DNA from: an uncultured Bacteroides sp.
GTDB lineage: Bacteria > Bacteroidota > Bacteroidia > Bacteroidales > GCA-2748055
Length of the DNA stretch: 64,000 nucleotides
Direction: 5' to 3'
Assembly: GCA_964579515.1 (NCBI GenBank)
Contig: CAZOHA010000001.1
Span: 163,484-227,483 of the forward strand
The notes below the pieces were generated by a model, which saw nothing but the letters and a program-made list of their open reading frames with translations, searched no databases and was not told the DNA's origin. Positions 46,782 to 55,592 of the stretch are shown here, in pieces; the stretch's first letter is position 1; the number at the start of each line of letters is the position of its first letter. The translations under genes were made by a program, and so were the position numbers.

Positions 46782-48401
46782 CTAAAGTACATTTTTTTCT
46801 GCTTCCACCGGTTCTTTAGGGGGCGTTTTGCGGTCCGGGCCATCCTTTTCACCCCTCCGGTAGTTTTTATCGTAGTAGCTGGTGAGCGACTTATAAAAAC
46901 TGAAGCACATGACGACCAAAACGATGGCGAAGGGAAGCCCGGTGAGCACCGTGGCGGTCTGCAGGGCGGTCAGCCCTCCGCCGATCAGCAGGATGCCCGC
47001 CACGGTCCCCTCCATGGAGGCCCAGAAGATCTTTTGTCCGGTGGGGGCATCGTGCCTGCCACCGGAGGTGAGGGTATCCACCACCATGGAGCCCGAATCG
47101 GAGGAGGTGATGAAAAAACTGGCCACCAGCAAAACCGCCAGGATGGAGGTAAAAAAGGAGAAGGGAAAGCGTTCCAGCAGATAATAGATGGCGGTGGCCA
47201 CATTGTTTTGAACCGCTTCCGATATACCGGTGAATCCGTTCAGCTCCTGGAAGATGGCTGAACCGCCGAACACACTGATCCACAAAAAGGTAAGCAAGGT
47301 CGGAACCAGCATGACGCCCAGGATGAACTCTTTGATGGTCCGGCCCTTGGAGACCCGGGCGATAAAGATCCCCACAAAAGGCGACCAGGCGATCCACCAC
47401 GACCAGTAGAAGACGGTCCACTGATTTTGCCAGGAGGTGATGTCCCTGGCATTCCGGTAGGAGGCGGTCCAGTAGCTGAGTTCGAAAAATTCGTTGATGT
47501 AGTGGCCGATGTTCTGGACGAACGACTTGAAGATAAAGAGCGTGGGACCCAGCAGAATCACGAAGACCAGCAGAACCAGAGCCAGCCGCATGTTCCACTC
47601 GCTCAGCCTGCGGATCCCCTTATCAAGGCCCAGCACCAGGGAGATGGTGGCAAGAGCGGTGATGACCACTATCACGACGATCTGCACCCAGGTGCCGTAT
47701 TGGAAGTTGAACAGGTAGGTCAGCCCCGCATTGACCTGCTGAGCTCCGAATCCCAGGGAAGTTCCGAGGCCGAACAACGTGGCGATCACCGAAATGATAT
47801 CGATCAGGTCCCCCACCCAGCCGTAGATCTTTTTCCCGAACAGGGGGTAGAAGATGGAACGGATGGTGAGCGGCAACCGCTTGTTGAAGGTGAAAAAAGC
47901 CAGGGCCAGGGCCACGATCGCATAGATAGCCCAGGCATGCACCCCCCAGTGGAGGAAGGTGATTCCCATGGCCGAACTGGCGGCCTCCAGTTCCGATCCC
48001 ACGCTGTTCAGCGGATTGCTTTTAAAATGGGTGATGGGTTCGGCCACGCTCCAGAAGAGCAGACCGATGCCCATCCCGGCGCTGAAAAGCATGGAAAACC
48101 AGGCGGTGCGGGAGAACTGCGGCTTGGCATTGGGTCCCCCGAGCCTGATCTTACCGTATTTACTGGCCCCTATAAAAATAGCAAAGAGTAGCAGGGCATT
48201 CACCAGCAGGATATAAAACCAGCCCACATTGCTGGAGACCAGGTCCTGGGCCCTGACGAACCACTGCTCCATCGGTTCGCCGACGATAAGCGTGACGGCG
48301 ATCAGAAGAGCCACGACAAAAAGGGAGGAGAAGAAGACCGGGCCATTGGCATGGATCCCCAGAAATGTCTTCTCATCACTCCTCTTCAGCTTCTTGGCCA
48401 T
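46782..48401 (-). CDS. BCCT-family (betaine/carnitine/choline) transporter
   Basis: Trp-rich signature WTVFYWSWWIAWSPFVGIFIARVSKGRTIKEF and 12 TM-like segments. 539 aa. Confidence 0.92.
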   Translation of the reverse strand: MAKKLKRSDEKTFLGIHANGPVFFSSLFVVALLIAVTLIVGEPMEQWFVRAQDLVSSNVGWFYILLVNALLLFAIFIGASKYGKIRLGGPNAKPQFSRTAWFSMLFSAGMGIGLLFWSVAEPITHFKSNPLNSVGSELEAASSAMGITFLHWGVHAWAIYAIVALALAFFTFNKRLPLTIRSIFYPLFGKKIYGWVGDLIDIISVIATLFGLGTSLGFGAQQVNAGLTYLFNFQYGTWVQIVVIVVITALATISLVLGLDKGIRRLSEWNMRLALVLLVFVILLGPTLFIFKSFVQNIGHYINEFFELSYWTASYRNARDITSWQNQWTVFYWSWWIAWSPFVGIFIARVSKGRTIKEFILGVMLVPTLLTFLWISVFGGSAIFQELNGFTGISEAVQNNVATAIYYLLERFPFSFFTSILAVLLVASFFITSSDSGSMVVDTLTSGGRHDAPTGQKIFWASMEGTVAGILLIGGGLTALQTATVLTGLPFAIVLVVMCFSFYKSLTSYYDKNYRRGEKDGPDRKTPPKEPVEAEKNVL

Positions 48402-48422
48402 GGGTTATGATAACAGGTCAGA

Positions 48423-49925
48423 CTATTTCAACAACCACATCTCTGCATTCTGGGAATTGGAGCCTCCGAGCCCGTCGACCGCTCCGGCGTAATTATCCGG
48501 GTTGAGGCTCTGCTCGTTCCCGGGATAGGGGAACCTGACCGGTAACATGTCGTCGTTGGTATTCAGGCAGGGAGGAGCCACAAAGGGAAGGGCCTCCCAC
48601 TGGTAATCGTTTTCGTGCATCCACCTCCGGAACTCAAAATAGGGTTCCAGGCCGTGGAAGAAAAGAGAGAGCCACTTCTGTTCTGTGATGGTCAACAGAG
48701 TGTTGTCGAATTCAACGCCTGAACCGGCGTAATAATCTTCGAAATCGTCCCATCCGAACTCCTCAAAACTCACGTCGTAATATTCCATCGATGAGGCGAT
48801 GCCGTCCCTGTAATGGGTGGAAGGATCGTGACCGATCCATCCCCGCTGACTGGCTTCGGCCAGCAGGAATTCCACCTCGGCATGGGTCATGATGATCCCG
48901 TCGGCCTTATCCGAACTGGTGGGATGATTGGGATAATCGTAATAGATCAGTCCCAGCCTGGATCCCGATTTGTCGCATCCGCCGGTTTCCAGTCCGTTGA
49001 CAGCTCCGTCGTATTCCGGCTCCAGGTCAGGGTTTTCGGTCACCTGCCGGATATTCACCGGGCGTGCATAAACGCCCAGGCGCGGATCTCCGTAAGCCTC
49101 CATGGCCCCAACGGCGCTTTCGCTCATGACCACCGCATCGAAATCCCCCTGTTTCAGCGGAACGGTGGGGAATTCGTTGGGGAAGGTGCCGGTGTAGACC
49201 AAAACGGCATTGTCGTCATTGGAGGAGATCAAGAGCCGGTTATTGACAATGGCGGCAAAATCGGACGAAACATCCTGTTTCACCGAAAGATGCATCAGGA
49301 GTCTGAGCCGGAGGGAGTTGGCGAATTTCTGCCATTTCTCTGCATCCCCTCCGTAGAGGATGTCGCCCCCGATGGAGCCGGTACCCGACCCGAGCAGCTG
49401 ATCAGCCTGTTCCAGGTTGTCCAGAAGCCCTCCTTCGGCGGTGAATATTTCCGATTGACCGTCATAGGCGGGGAACCAGTTACCTTCGGTCACTCCGGCA
49501 ATGGCCTCCGAGTAGGGGATATCCCCGTAGGAGAGTGTCAGAATGGAGAAGACCCATGATTTCATCACCAGGGCCGCTCCTTCCATGAGCTGGTTGCCGT
49601 TCTCCCTGGCGATCATCTCCACTTCGGAAATGTTGGCCAGGGCCCCATACATCTCCTCCCAGACGGTGGGGAAGGAGTTCCAGGAATAGACATCCACCTC
49701 GGTCCGGAGTGTTTTGGCGGTCAGCTGGGCAATATTGTTTCCCAGTAGGTAGGATTCGGTGACCATGGCGTTCACCGAACTCCGTATGGCCGAAGTCATC
49801 AGCACATCGCTCGAGACCTCCTCTGGCTGATTGGGATTTTCATTGAGTTCTTCCAGCTCACAGCCCGAAAAAAGAAATCCGGCTGTCAGGAAAGCTGCTA
49901 TGATATATTTGTGAAACGATTTCAT
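48423..49925 (-). CDS. susD: SusD/RagB-family nutrient-binding lipoprotein (SusD-like_2 type)
   Basis: Lipoprotein signal (FLFSGCELE). Lies directly downstream (20-nt gap) of a SusC-type gene. 500 aa. Confidence 0.82.
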   Translation of the reverse strand: MKSFHKYIIAAFLTAGFLFSGCELEELNENPNQPEEVSSDVLMTSAIRSSVNAMVTESYLLGNNIAQLTAKTLRTEVDVYSWNSFPTVWEEMYGALANISEVEMIARENGNQLMEGAALVMKSWVFSILTLSYGDIPYSEAIAGVTEGNWFPAYDGQSEIFTAEGGLLDNLEQADQLLGSGTGSIGGDILYGGDAEKWQKFANSLRLRLLMHLSVKQDVSSDFAAIVNNRLLISSNDDNAVLVYTGTFPNEFPTVPLKQGDFDAVVMSESAVGAMEAYGDPRLGVYARPVNIRQVTENPDLEPEYDGAVNGLETGGCDKSGSRLGLIYYDYPNHPTSSDKADGIIMTHAEVEFLLAEASQRGWIGHDPSTHYRDGIASSMEYYDVSFEEFGWDDFEDYYAGSGVEFDNTLLTITEQKWLSLFFHGLEPYFEFRRWMHENDYQWEALPFVAPPCLNTNDDMLPVRFPYPGNEQSLNPDNYAGAVDGLGGSNSQNAEMWLLK

Positions 49926-49945
49926 CGGTGTGGTCTTTTGGATGA

Positions 49946-52900
49946 TTAAAACATCAGATTCAGGGAGAACCCATAACTTCTCAGGGAGGGGAGCTGGGTG
50001 CTCTCGTACCCGTTGACGAAGCGGCCGTTGCGGATCGAATAGGTTTCCGGGTCCACAGTGGGGTACTGGCTGAACAGCAGCAGGTTCCTTCCCACAACGG
50101 AGACACTGGCCCGGCTGATGCCGATCCGGTCGGTGACTCCCACCGGCAGCAGGTAGGTCAGTTTCAGTTCTCTCAGCTTGATGTAGGTGGCATCGAAGGT
50201 GGCTGCTTCCACGTTATCGCGGTTGAACCAGTTCCCGTAGTACTTGTAGAAGTAATCTCTCACAGGAACCCTGACGCTGTTCTCTGTCAGGTTGCCGTCT
50301 CCGTCATACATCACGCCTTCGCCGATGATACCGCCCTCCTCCACCAGGCTGTATACGGGCTCCCCGTTGGTATCATAGGTAATGTCATATATCTCCCGTC
50401 CCTCCAGGGTGGAACGGTCGAGTTTGGGATCGTCGTAATTGGTGATCGTGCCCCCGGTGTTGTTCATGGCGTGGGAACGGGAATAGAGTTTCCCGCCGAT
50501 CTGTCCGTCGAAAAGCACATTCAGGGTCCAGTTCCTGTAGGAGAAGGTGTTCTGCCATCCGATCCGCAGGTCGGGCTGGTAGGTACCCACCGAATGCTTA
50601 TCCTCGGTCAGCACCGGCAGACCGTCCTCGTGGATGATCCTTCCCTGGTCGTCCCTCTCGAAGATCAGTCCCCTGATCAGACCCAGCGGCTGTCCCTCTG
50701 CTGCGACCAGCTCCATATCGGCCGAACCTTCATCCCCGGGGTAGACATCAGCCACCAGGGGGTAGCTCTCTTTCACTCCTTCGGGAAGTGATTCCACGAT
50801 GGCCCGGTTGTGCCCCAGGTTGAGGATGCTGGTCCATACGAAATCGGAGCGGCGCACCGGTTCGCTGTAGAGCTGGAACTCGATCCCTTTGTTGCTGATC
50901 TCCCCGGCATTGACCAGACGGGTATCCTTTCCGGTGGTGAAGGCCACCGGCAGAGAGATGATCTGGTCCTTACTGAGCATGTCATAATAGGTGACATCGA
51001 ATCCGAACCTGCCCACGAAGAAGCGGGAATCGAGACCGATCTCCCAGGAGTTGGTCCGCTCGGGCCTCAGATCCGGATTGGCCGCAAAACTGCTGACCGA
51101 ATAGGCCGGGAAGCTGCCGAACAGCGCCCGGGGGTTGTAGAAACTGCGGAGAAGGTAGGGATCGGTATCATTCCCCACCTGGGCGTATGCCCCCCGGACC
51201 TTCAGAAAGGAGATGGATGAGCTGGCGGGCAGGTCCATCGCTTCCGAAAGCACCGCACTCAGCGAAACCGAGGGATAAAAGTAGGAGTTATTCTCCGGGG
51301 GCAGGGTGCTCGACCAGTCGTTCCTGGCGGTCACATCGAGATAGAGAAACCGCTGGTAGGCGAGGGTGGCCATTCCGTAGAGGCTGTTGATCCCTTTCCG
51401 TGCCCTGGGATTATCTACCAGGATATTGGACCGGTTGTTGGTCAGGGTGAACACCCCGGGTTGAAGCAGCTGGGGATTGTTGGCGATCAGCATATTGCTC
51501 TCCTGGCGCATGATGTTCCCTCCCGCTTTCAGATCGAGGGTCAGAGGGCTGCCCCCGTCGCGGGAGGTGTTGTAGGAGAGGAGGAACTCGGCGTTGGATT
51601 CAGTGAAGGTGATCTCGTCCTCTCGGTAGCTGCCGAAAGGCACCCCTTTGGTGGAGGTGGCTCTCCGGAACTGACGCTGTTCATTCTTAAGATCGAGTCC
51701 GTACCGGACCCTCAGGTTGAACTGATCGGTGAAGTGATAGGTGGCTCTGGCATCCCCGATCAGCCGCTGCTCCTGGAACGAGTTGGTGTTCTCGTTGACG
51801 ATGAACCAGGGATTGTTGCCCCACAGCTCTTCCACATAGCGCTGCTGTACATTCTCCCGGCCCTCTTTCCAGTAATCGGTGAGCTCGTCGACACCCACCT
51901 GGCGGGGGTACCACAGCCACACATACATGATCGAACTGCTTTCATCATACCCTGCGTTGGGGACATTGTCGGAGTTGTTGCCCACATACATGGTGTTGAT
52001 AGATACCTCCAGTTTCCCGTCGAACAGATTCCTGGAGATGTTGGAATAGAGGGTATTCCTTTTCAGGTTGGTATTTGGAACCACCCCGCGCCGGTACATG
52101 TTGGTGTAGGAGAGCCGGAAGTTGCCCTGGCTGGAGGACTGGTTGATGGCCACGTTGTTGGTGGTCAGGACCCCGGTCTGGAAGAAGTTCCTCACATTTC
52201 CCTCGGCCGGAGTAAACGGAACCGGTTCTCCGCCGGAGTTCCATTGTTTGATCGGCGTGCCGTCCATCCTGGGGCCCCAGTTCTCACCGAAGGCATCGTA
52301 GTAATCCCCGGTATAGGTGGCTCCGTCGTTGTAACTGAATTTGCCGTAGCCGCCGAATCCATATTCATTCTGGTAATCGGGGAGTTTCAGAGGGGACTCG
52401 AAATAGGTGGCAGTGTTCAGCTCCACTCCGAAACCGTCCGATTGGGTTCCTTTTTTGGTGGTTATCAGGATCACCCCGTTGGCTGCTCGCGAACCGTAAA
52501 GCGCCGCGGCTGCAGGTCCTTTCAGCACCGAAACACTTTCGATGTCGTGAGAGTTGACGATCTGGGCGGCGTTCCCGAAATCGATGGTGGTGGATCCGTT
52601 AAGACCGTCTCCCGGACTGTAGAGCCCGTTGGTGATGGGAATCCCGTTCACTACGAACAATGCCTGGCTGTTGCCGGTCAGGGAGGACTCCCCCCGGATG
52701 GTGATATTCGCCGAGGCGGCGGGTCCTGCAGAACCGCTGGTGATGTAAACACCCGCGATCTTTCCCGAAATATTATTGATCATGTTGGGAGTCTGCATGG
52801 AGTTGATGGCCTTCTTGTCCAGCTTCTGGACCGAATAACCCAGCGCCTTCTCCTCCCGGGCCACCCCCAGGGCGGTGATCACCACCTCCTCCAGTTCGGC

Positions 52901-53221
52901 CGATTCCACCAGCGAAACCATGATTCGCTGCTGGTTGACTATATTGACTTCCAGTGATTCATAGCCCACATAGGAGATCACGATGGTTTCATCATCTTCG
53001 TTGACATCCAGGGTAAAATTGCCCCGGGCATCGGTGATGGTTCCCCTGGTGGAGTTCTTTACCACTACGTTGGCCCCCAGAAGAGGGGTGCCGTCTTTCG
53101 ACTGTACGGTCCCGGTAATGGTCCTCTCCTGCTGGGCCCAGAGGTTGCCTGTAAAAAAGAAGAGCAAGATCAGCAGGAAAACAGGTTGTTTAGGTGTAAA
53201 AACAGGTGTAAACACTTTCAT
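49946..53221 (-). CDS. susC: SusC/RagA-family TonB-dependent outer-membrane transporter
   Basis: The start is set at MKVFTPVFTPKQPVFLLILLFFFTGNLWAQ (ATG 53221; the tracked ORF is 26 codons longer). CarboxypepD_reg-like domain (ITGTVQSKDGTPLLGANVVVKNSTRGTITDARGNFTL), plug, and a barrel ending FSLNLMF. Confidence 0.93.
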   Translation of the reverse strand: MKVFTPVFTPKQPVFLLILLFFFTGNLWAQQERTITGTVQSKDGTPLLGANVVVKNSTRGTITDARGNFTLDVNEDDETIVISYVGYESLEVNIVNQQRIMVSLVESAELEEVVITALGVAREEKALGYSVQKLDKKAINSMQTPNMINNISGKIAGVYITSGSAGPAASANITIRGESSLTGNSQALFVVNGIPITNGLYSPGDGLNGSTTIDFGNAAQIVNSHDIESVSVLKGPAAAALYGSRAANGVILITTKKGTQSDGFGVELNTATYFESPLKLPDYQNEYGFGGYGKFSYNDGATYTGDYYDAFGENWGPRMDGTPIKQWNSGGEPVPFTPAEGNVRNFFQTGVLTTNNVAINQSSSQGNFRLSYTNMYRRGVVPNTNLKRNTLYSNISRNLFDGKLEVSINTMYVGNNSDNVPNAGYDESSSIMYVWLWYPRQVGVDELTDYWKEGRENVQQRYVEELWGNNPWFIVNENTNSFQEQRLIGDARATYHFTDQFNLRVRYGLDLKNEQRQFRRATSTKGVPFGSYREDEITFTESNAEFLLSYNTSRDGGSPLTLDLKAGGNIMRQESNMLIANNPQLLQPGVFTLTNNRSNILVDNPRARKGINSLYGMATLAYQRFLYLDVTARNDWSSTLPPENNSYFYPSVSLSAVLSEAMDLPASSSISFLKVRGAYAQVGNDTDPYLLRSFYNPRALFGSFPAYSVSSFAANPDLRPERTNSWEIGLDSRFFVGRFGFDVTYYDMLSKDQIISLPVAFTTGKDTRLVNAGEISNKGIEFQLYSEPVRRSDFVWTSILNLGHNRAIVESLPEGVKESYPLVADVYPGDEGSADMELVAAEGQPLGLIRGLIFERDDQGRIIHEDGLPVLTEDKHSVGTYQPDLRIGWQNTFSYRNWTLNVLFDGQIGGKLYSRSHAMNNTGGTITNYDDPKLDRSTLEGREIYDITYDTNGEPVYSLVEEGGIIGEGVMYDGDGNLTENSVRVPVRDYFYKYYGNWFNRDNVEAATFDATYIKLRELKLTYLLPVGVTDRIGISRASVSVVGRNLLLFSQYPTVDPETYSIRNGRFVNGYESTQLPSLRSYGFSLNLMF

Positions 53222-53478
53222 GATCACTAATTTTAGGTAATTAGTTTCTGTACCAAATAAAAGATGCTGCAAAACAACATAAAAAGGCTTATATAGCAAA
53301 ATTTTACCATGGCTATATCGGGAAAGGAACGCGTAAAAAATTGAGAAACAAGGAAATGTTAATTAACTGTTAACTATAACTAAACATTGTTAGCTATACA
53401 ATAGTTCGTACAGGAATGATATTATTGAATTTCAGGGGAAAACGCCTGAAGGATACCCGGTCAGGATTCAGGATATTT

Positions 53479-54321
53479 TCAGCGCAAAAGTTGAAAAAGC
53501 CGGTGATAGGTCTCACTCTGTTTCTGCTCAAGCAGCCTTTCGCCGATTTCATAGGCCTTTTTATGGCCCCCGGTATAGTAGCGGTAAAAAAGCGATCCGA
53601 AGACCAGAAAGCCGTCCAGAAGACTGTATTGCAGGGTAGTGTAATAGGAGTAGAATCCGATGGCGGTCAGCAGTCCCACTGAATTGAGTGCCGCCGCCGG
53701 TTCTCCCCCGTAGAGCTGACCGAGCCCCGGAAGCACGATGCTCATGGTCTGGAGACGGTCGGGATCGTATTTTTCACGGAACTCCGAATAATCCGTAAAC
53801 ATCTCCTCCACCTGGTGGTAGGAGGAAGAATCGAGGATGGACGCGAAATGCTCCAGAGAGGCAGGAATCTCGTTCAGACCGAACCGGCAGATGCCCATGT
53901 AAATCTGCCGCCGGAATTCAAACCGCGGGGGCAGCTGTTCCGGCATATCGTAGAGTTGGGCAAGCGCCATCAGGTATTGTTCCTGGCGGAAATAGCAGAG
54001 GGTCTTCCGGAAAGTCATTTCGAACCGGGCGGAGTCGGTCCTGCCCGCCCTCCATGCCAGGTCGTAAAACCGGATCGCTTCATCGAAATTCTTCTGCTCG
54101 AAGTAGATGGATGCGATCCGCTCATACAGCCCGGGAAATTTATTCCCCTCGTCGAAAAGCAGCACCCTCTGGTACTCCTTCAGTGCCGCCTGCGTGTTCC
54201 CGGCCTCCAGCTGCCGGTCGGCAAAACGTTTCACCTCCTGCAGGGATTGTGCATGCGTTCCCGGAGCCGGCAAAAGGCAAAGAAGGCTAATAATACCTGC
54301 GAATAATATCCCCTGCCTCAT
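53479..54321 (-). CDS. Signal-peptide protein with a TPR-like region and a C-terminal PGxGQxY membrane domain (DUF5683-like); paralog of 54287-55147
   Basis: Signal peptide (LLCLLPAPGTHAQS). TPR-like helices (ALKEYQRVLLFDEGN..., EAIRFYDLAW). C-terminal SIVLPGLGQLYGGEPAAALNSVGLLTAIGFYSYY. Confidence 0.55.
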   Translation of the reverse strand: MRQGILFAGIISLLCLLPAPGTHAQSLQEVKRFADRQLEAGNTQAALKEYQRVLLFDEGNKFPGLYERIASIYFEQKNFDEAIRFYDLAWRAGRTDSARFEMTFRKTLCYFRQEQYLMALAQLYDMPEQLPPRFEFRRQIYMGICRFGLNEIPASLEHFASILDSSSYHQVEEMFTDYSEFREKYDPDRLQTMSIVLPGLGQLYGGEPAAALNSVGLLTAIGFYSYYTTLQYSLLDGFLVFGSLFYRYYTGGHKKAYEIGERLLEQKQSETYHRLFQLLR

Positions 54322-55147
54322 TCTGGTAACGGTTCACAGTTTGCTGGTTGTAGCTCCGGGCAGCCCTGAAGGAGCCGTAGAGGTTACTGATGTAAAAGCT
54401 GAGGGAGATTCCTCCCAGGAACCATCCGTTGAAGCTCCGGATCCCTTTTTTGCTGAAAGCCCTGTAGGAAGTGAATGCCGTGGTACCGATCATCACAAAA
54501 GATATGACGGCATCTCTCCAGCGGCCCGAATAGGCCCTTCCGCTGCCGGGCACAACGGCGGACATCATCAGAGAGAGGGCCGGACTCTTGTAATTCTGTT
54601 CCTCGAACCGGACGGTCAGTGAATAGAGCGGCTCATATTCACTTTCCAGCAGCGGCCGGTGCTGCCGGTTGTAGGCAAACACAGAATCGTAACGGCCGGT
54701 TCTCCAGTAATAACTCAACATGTAAAAAGTTTCACTGCTTTCATCCAGTCCCCCGGCCAGTGGTTGAAATTCCGGCCTGAGGGCCCTGCAGGTCAGGCAG
54801 AAATTGAGGTATTCTTTCGTGTAGAGCGGCTGCTTCAGCTGTCCGTAGCGGCTGAAAAGATCGTAGGATCGGCCCAGCTGTTCACAATTCTCTCCGTACC
54901 TGTAGTTTCTTACCAGTTCATAGAGTACCGTGGAGTGAGCGGGATAAAGGTAGTGCAGCCTTTCGTACTCCTGCGCCGCGAAATTGAACTGATTGGAAGA
55001 GTGAAGGTAACGGGCGAACTGCAGGGTATGGTCGAAGTCCATCAGATCCTCCTGGGCCCTCAGCGACACCTGGCAGCCGACCAGGGCAGCCAGCACCCCG
55101 GTCAGGAAAACCGCAGGTTTCAGTGGCCCTTTATTGAACCGGATCAT
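54287..55147 (-). CDS. Signal-peptide protein with a helical-repeat region and a C-terminal PGxGxxY membrane domain; paralog of 53479-54321
   Basis: Signal peptide (VLAALVGCQVSLRAQ). C-terminal SAVVPGSGRAYSGRWRDAVISFVMIGTTAFTSY. Overlaps both neighbouring genes (17 and 35 nt). Confidence 0.55.
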   Translation of the reverse strand: MIRFNKGPLKPAVFLTGVLAALVGCQVSLRAQEDLMDFDHTLQFARYLHSSNQFNFAAQEYERLHYLYPAHSTVLYELVRNYRYGENCEQLGRSYDLFSRYGQLKQPLYTKEYLNFCLTCRALRPEFQPLAGGLDESSETFYMLSYYWRTGRYDSVFAYNRQHRPLLESEYEPLYSLTVRFEEQNYKSPALSLMMSAVVPGSGRAYSGRWRDAVISFVMIGTTAFTSYRAFSKKGIRSFNGWFLGGISLSFYISNLYGSFRAARSYNQQTVNRYQNEAGDIIRRYY

Positions 55148-55562
55148 ACAGCCTCTGGGTTTCGGGGTCGAAGGTGTAATTCGCAGGATTCACCAGACCA
55201 TGGCATCGCTGAAGGCGGTCGAATGCAGACACCCAGCCCCTGATGATCCCTTTCTGCCTGACCGACTCCAGGGCATATTCCGAACAGGAGGGGGTGAAGA
55301 CACAGGAGGGCTTGTCCTGGGAAGAGATAAACGTTTTATAGATCAGGAAACCGGTCGAGGCGAGGATCGAGAAATCATCGTCCGACTGAAGAAGGGGTTC
55401 CGCATGGGAATGGGAATGGGAATGGAACTCCCTGGCCGGGAAGAGTGCTTCCAGGTCCGGATCGGCATGGAGGGCGGAATTTCCCGCCTGACCTGTCAGT
55501 TTCGTGAGCGATGTGGCCGTGATCAGCAGGATTATCGCAATCTTGTAAGCTTTACCCTTCAT
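55131..55562 (-). CDS. YidD-like (DUF37 / membrane-protein-insertion-efficiency-factor-like) domain protein with a signal peptide and a His-Ser repeat
   Basis: The C-terminal half LIYKTFISSQDKPSCVFTPSCSEYALESVRQKGIIRGWVSAFDRLQRCH matches the YidD pattern (P.C.F.P(S/T)CS.Y....RC.). The N-terminus has a signal peptide and HSHSHSH. Confidence 0.65.
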   Translation of the reverse strand: MKGKAYKIAIILLITATSLTKLTGQAGNSALHADPDLEALFPAREFHSHSHSHAEPLLQSDDDFSILASTGFLIYKTFISSQDKPSCVFTPSCSEYALESVRQKGIIRGWVSAFDRLQRCHGLVNPANYTFDPETQRLYDPVQ

Positions 55563-55592
55563 TGTTCCAGCTTGTTGTATGTTCTGGATGAT

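Noticed and set aside
51461-52957. 498-aa ORF on the plus strand inside the second SusC gene
   Set aside because: It is antisense to a well-supported SusC/RagA barrel. It has a Gly/Val/Pro/His-rich low-information sequence and no signal peptide or domain.
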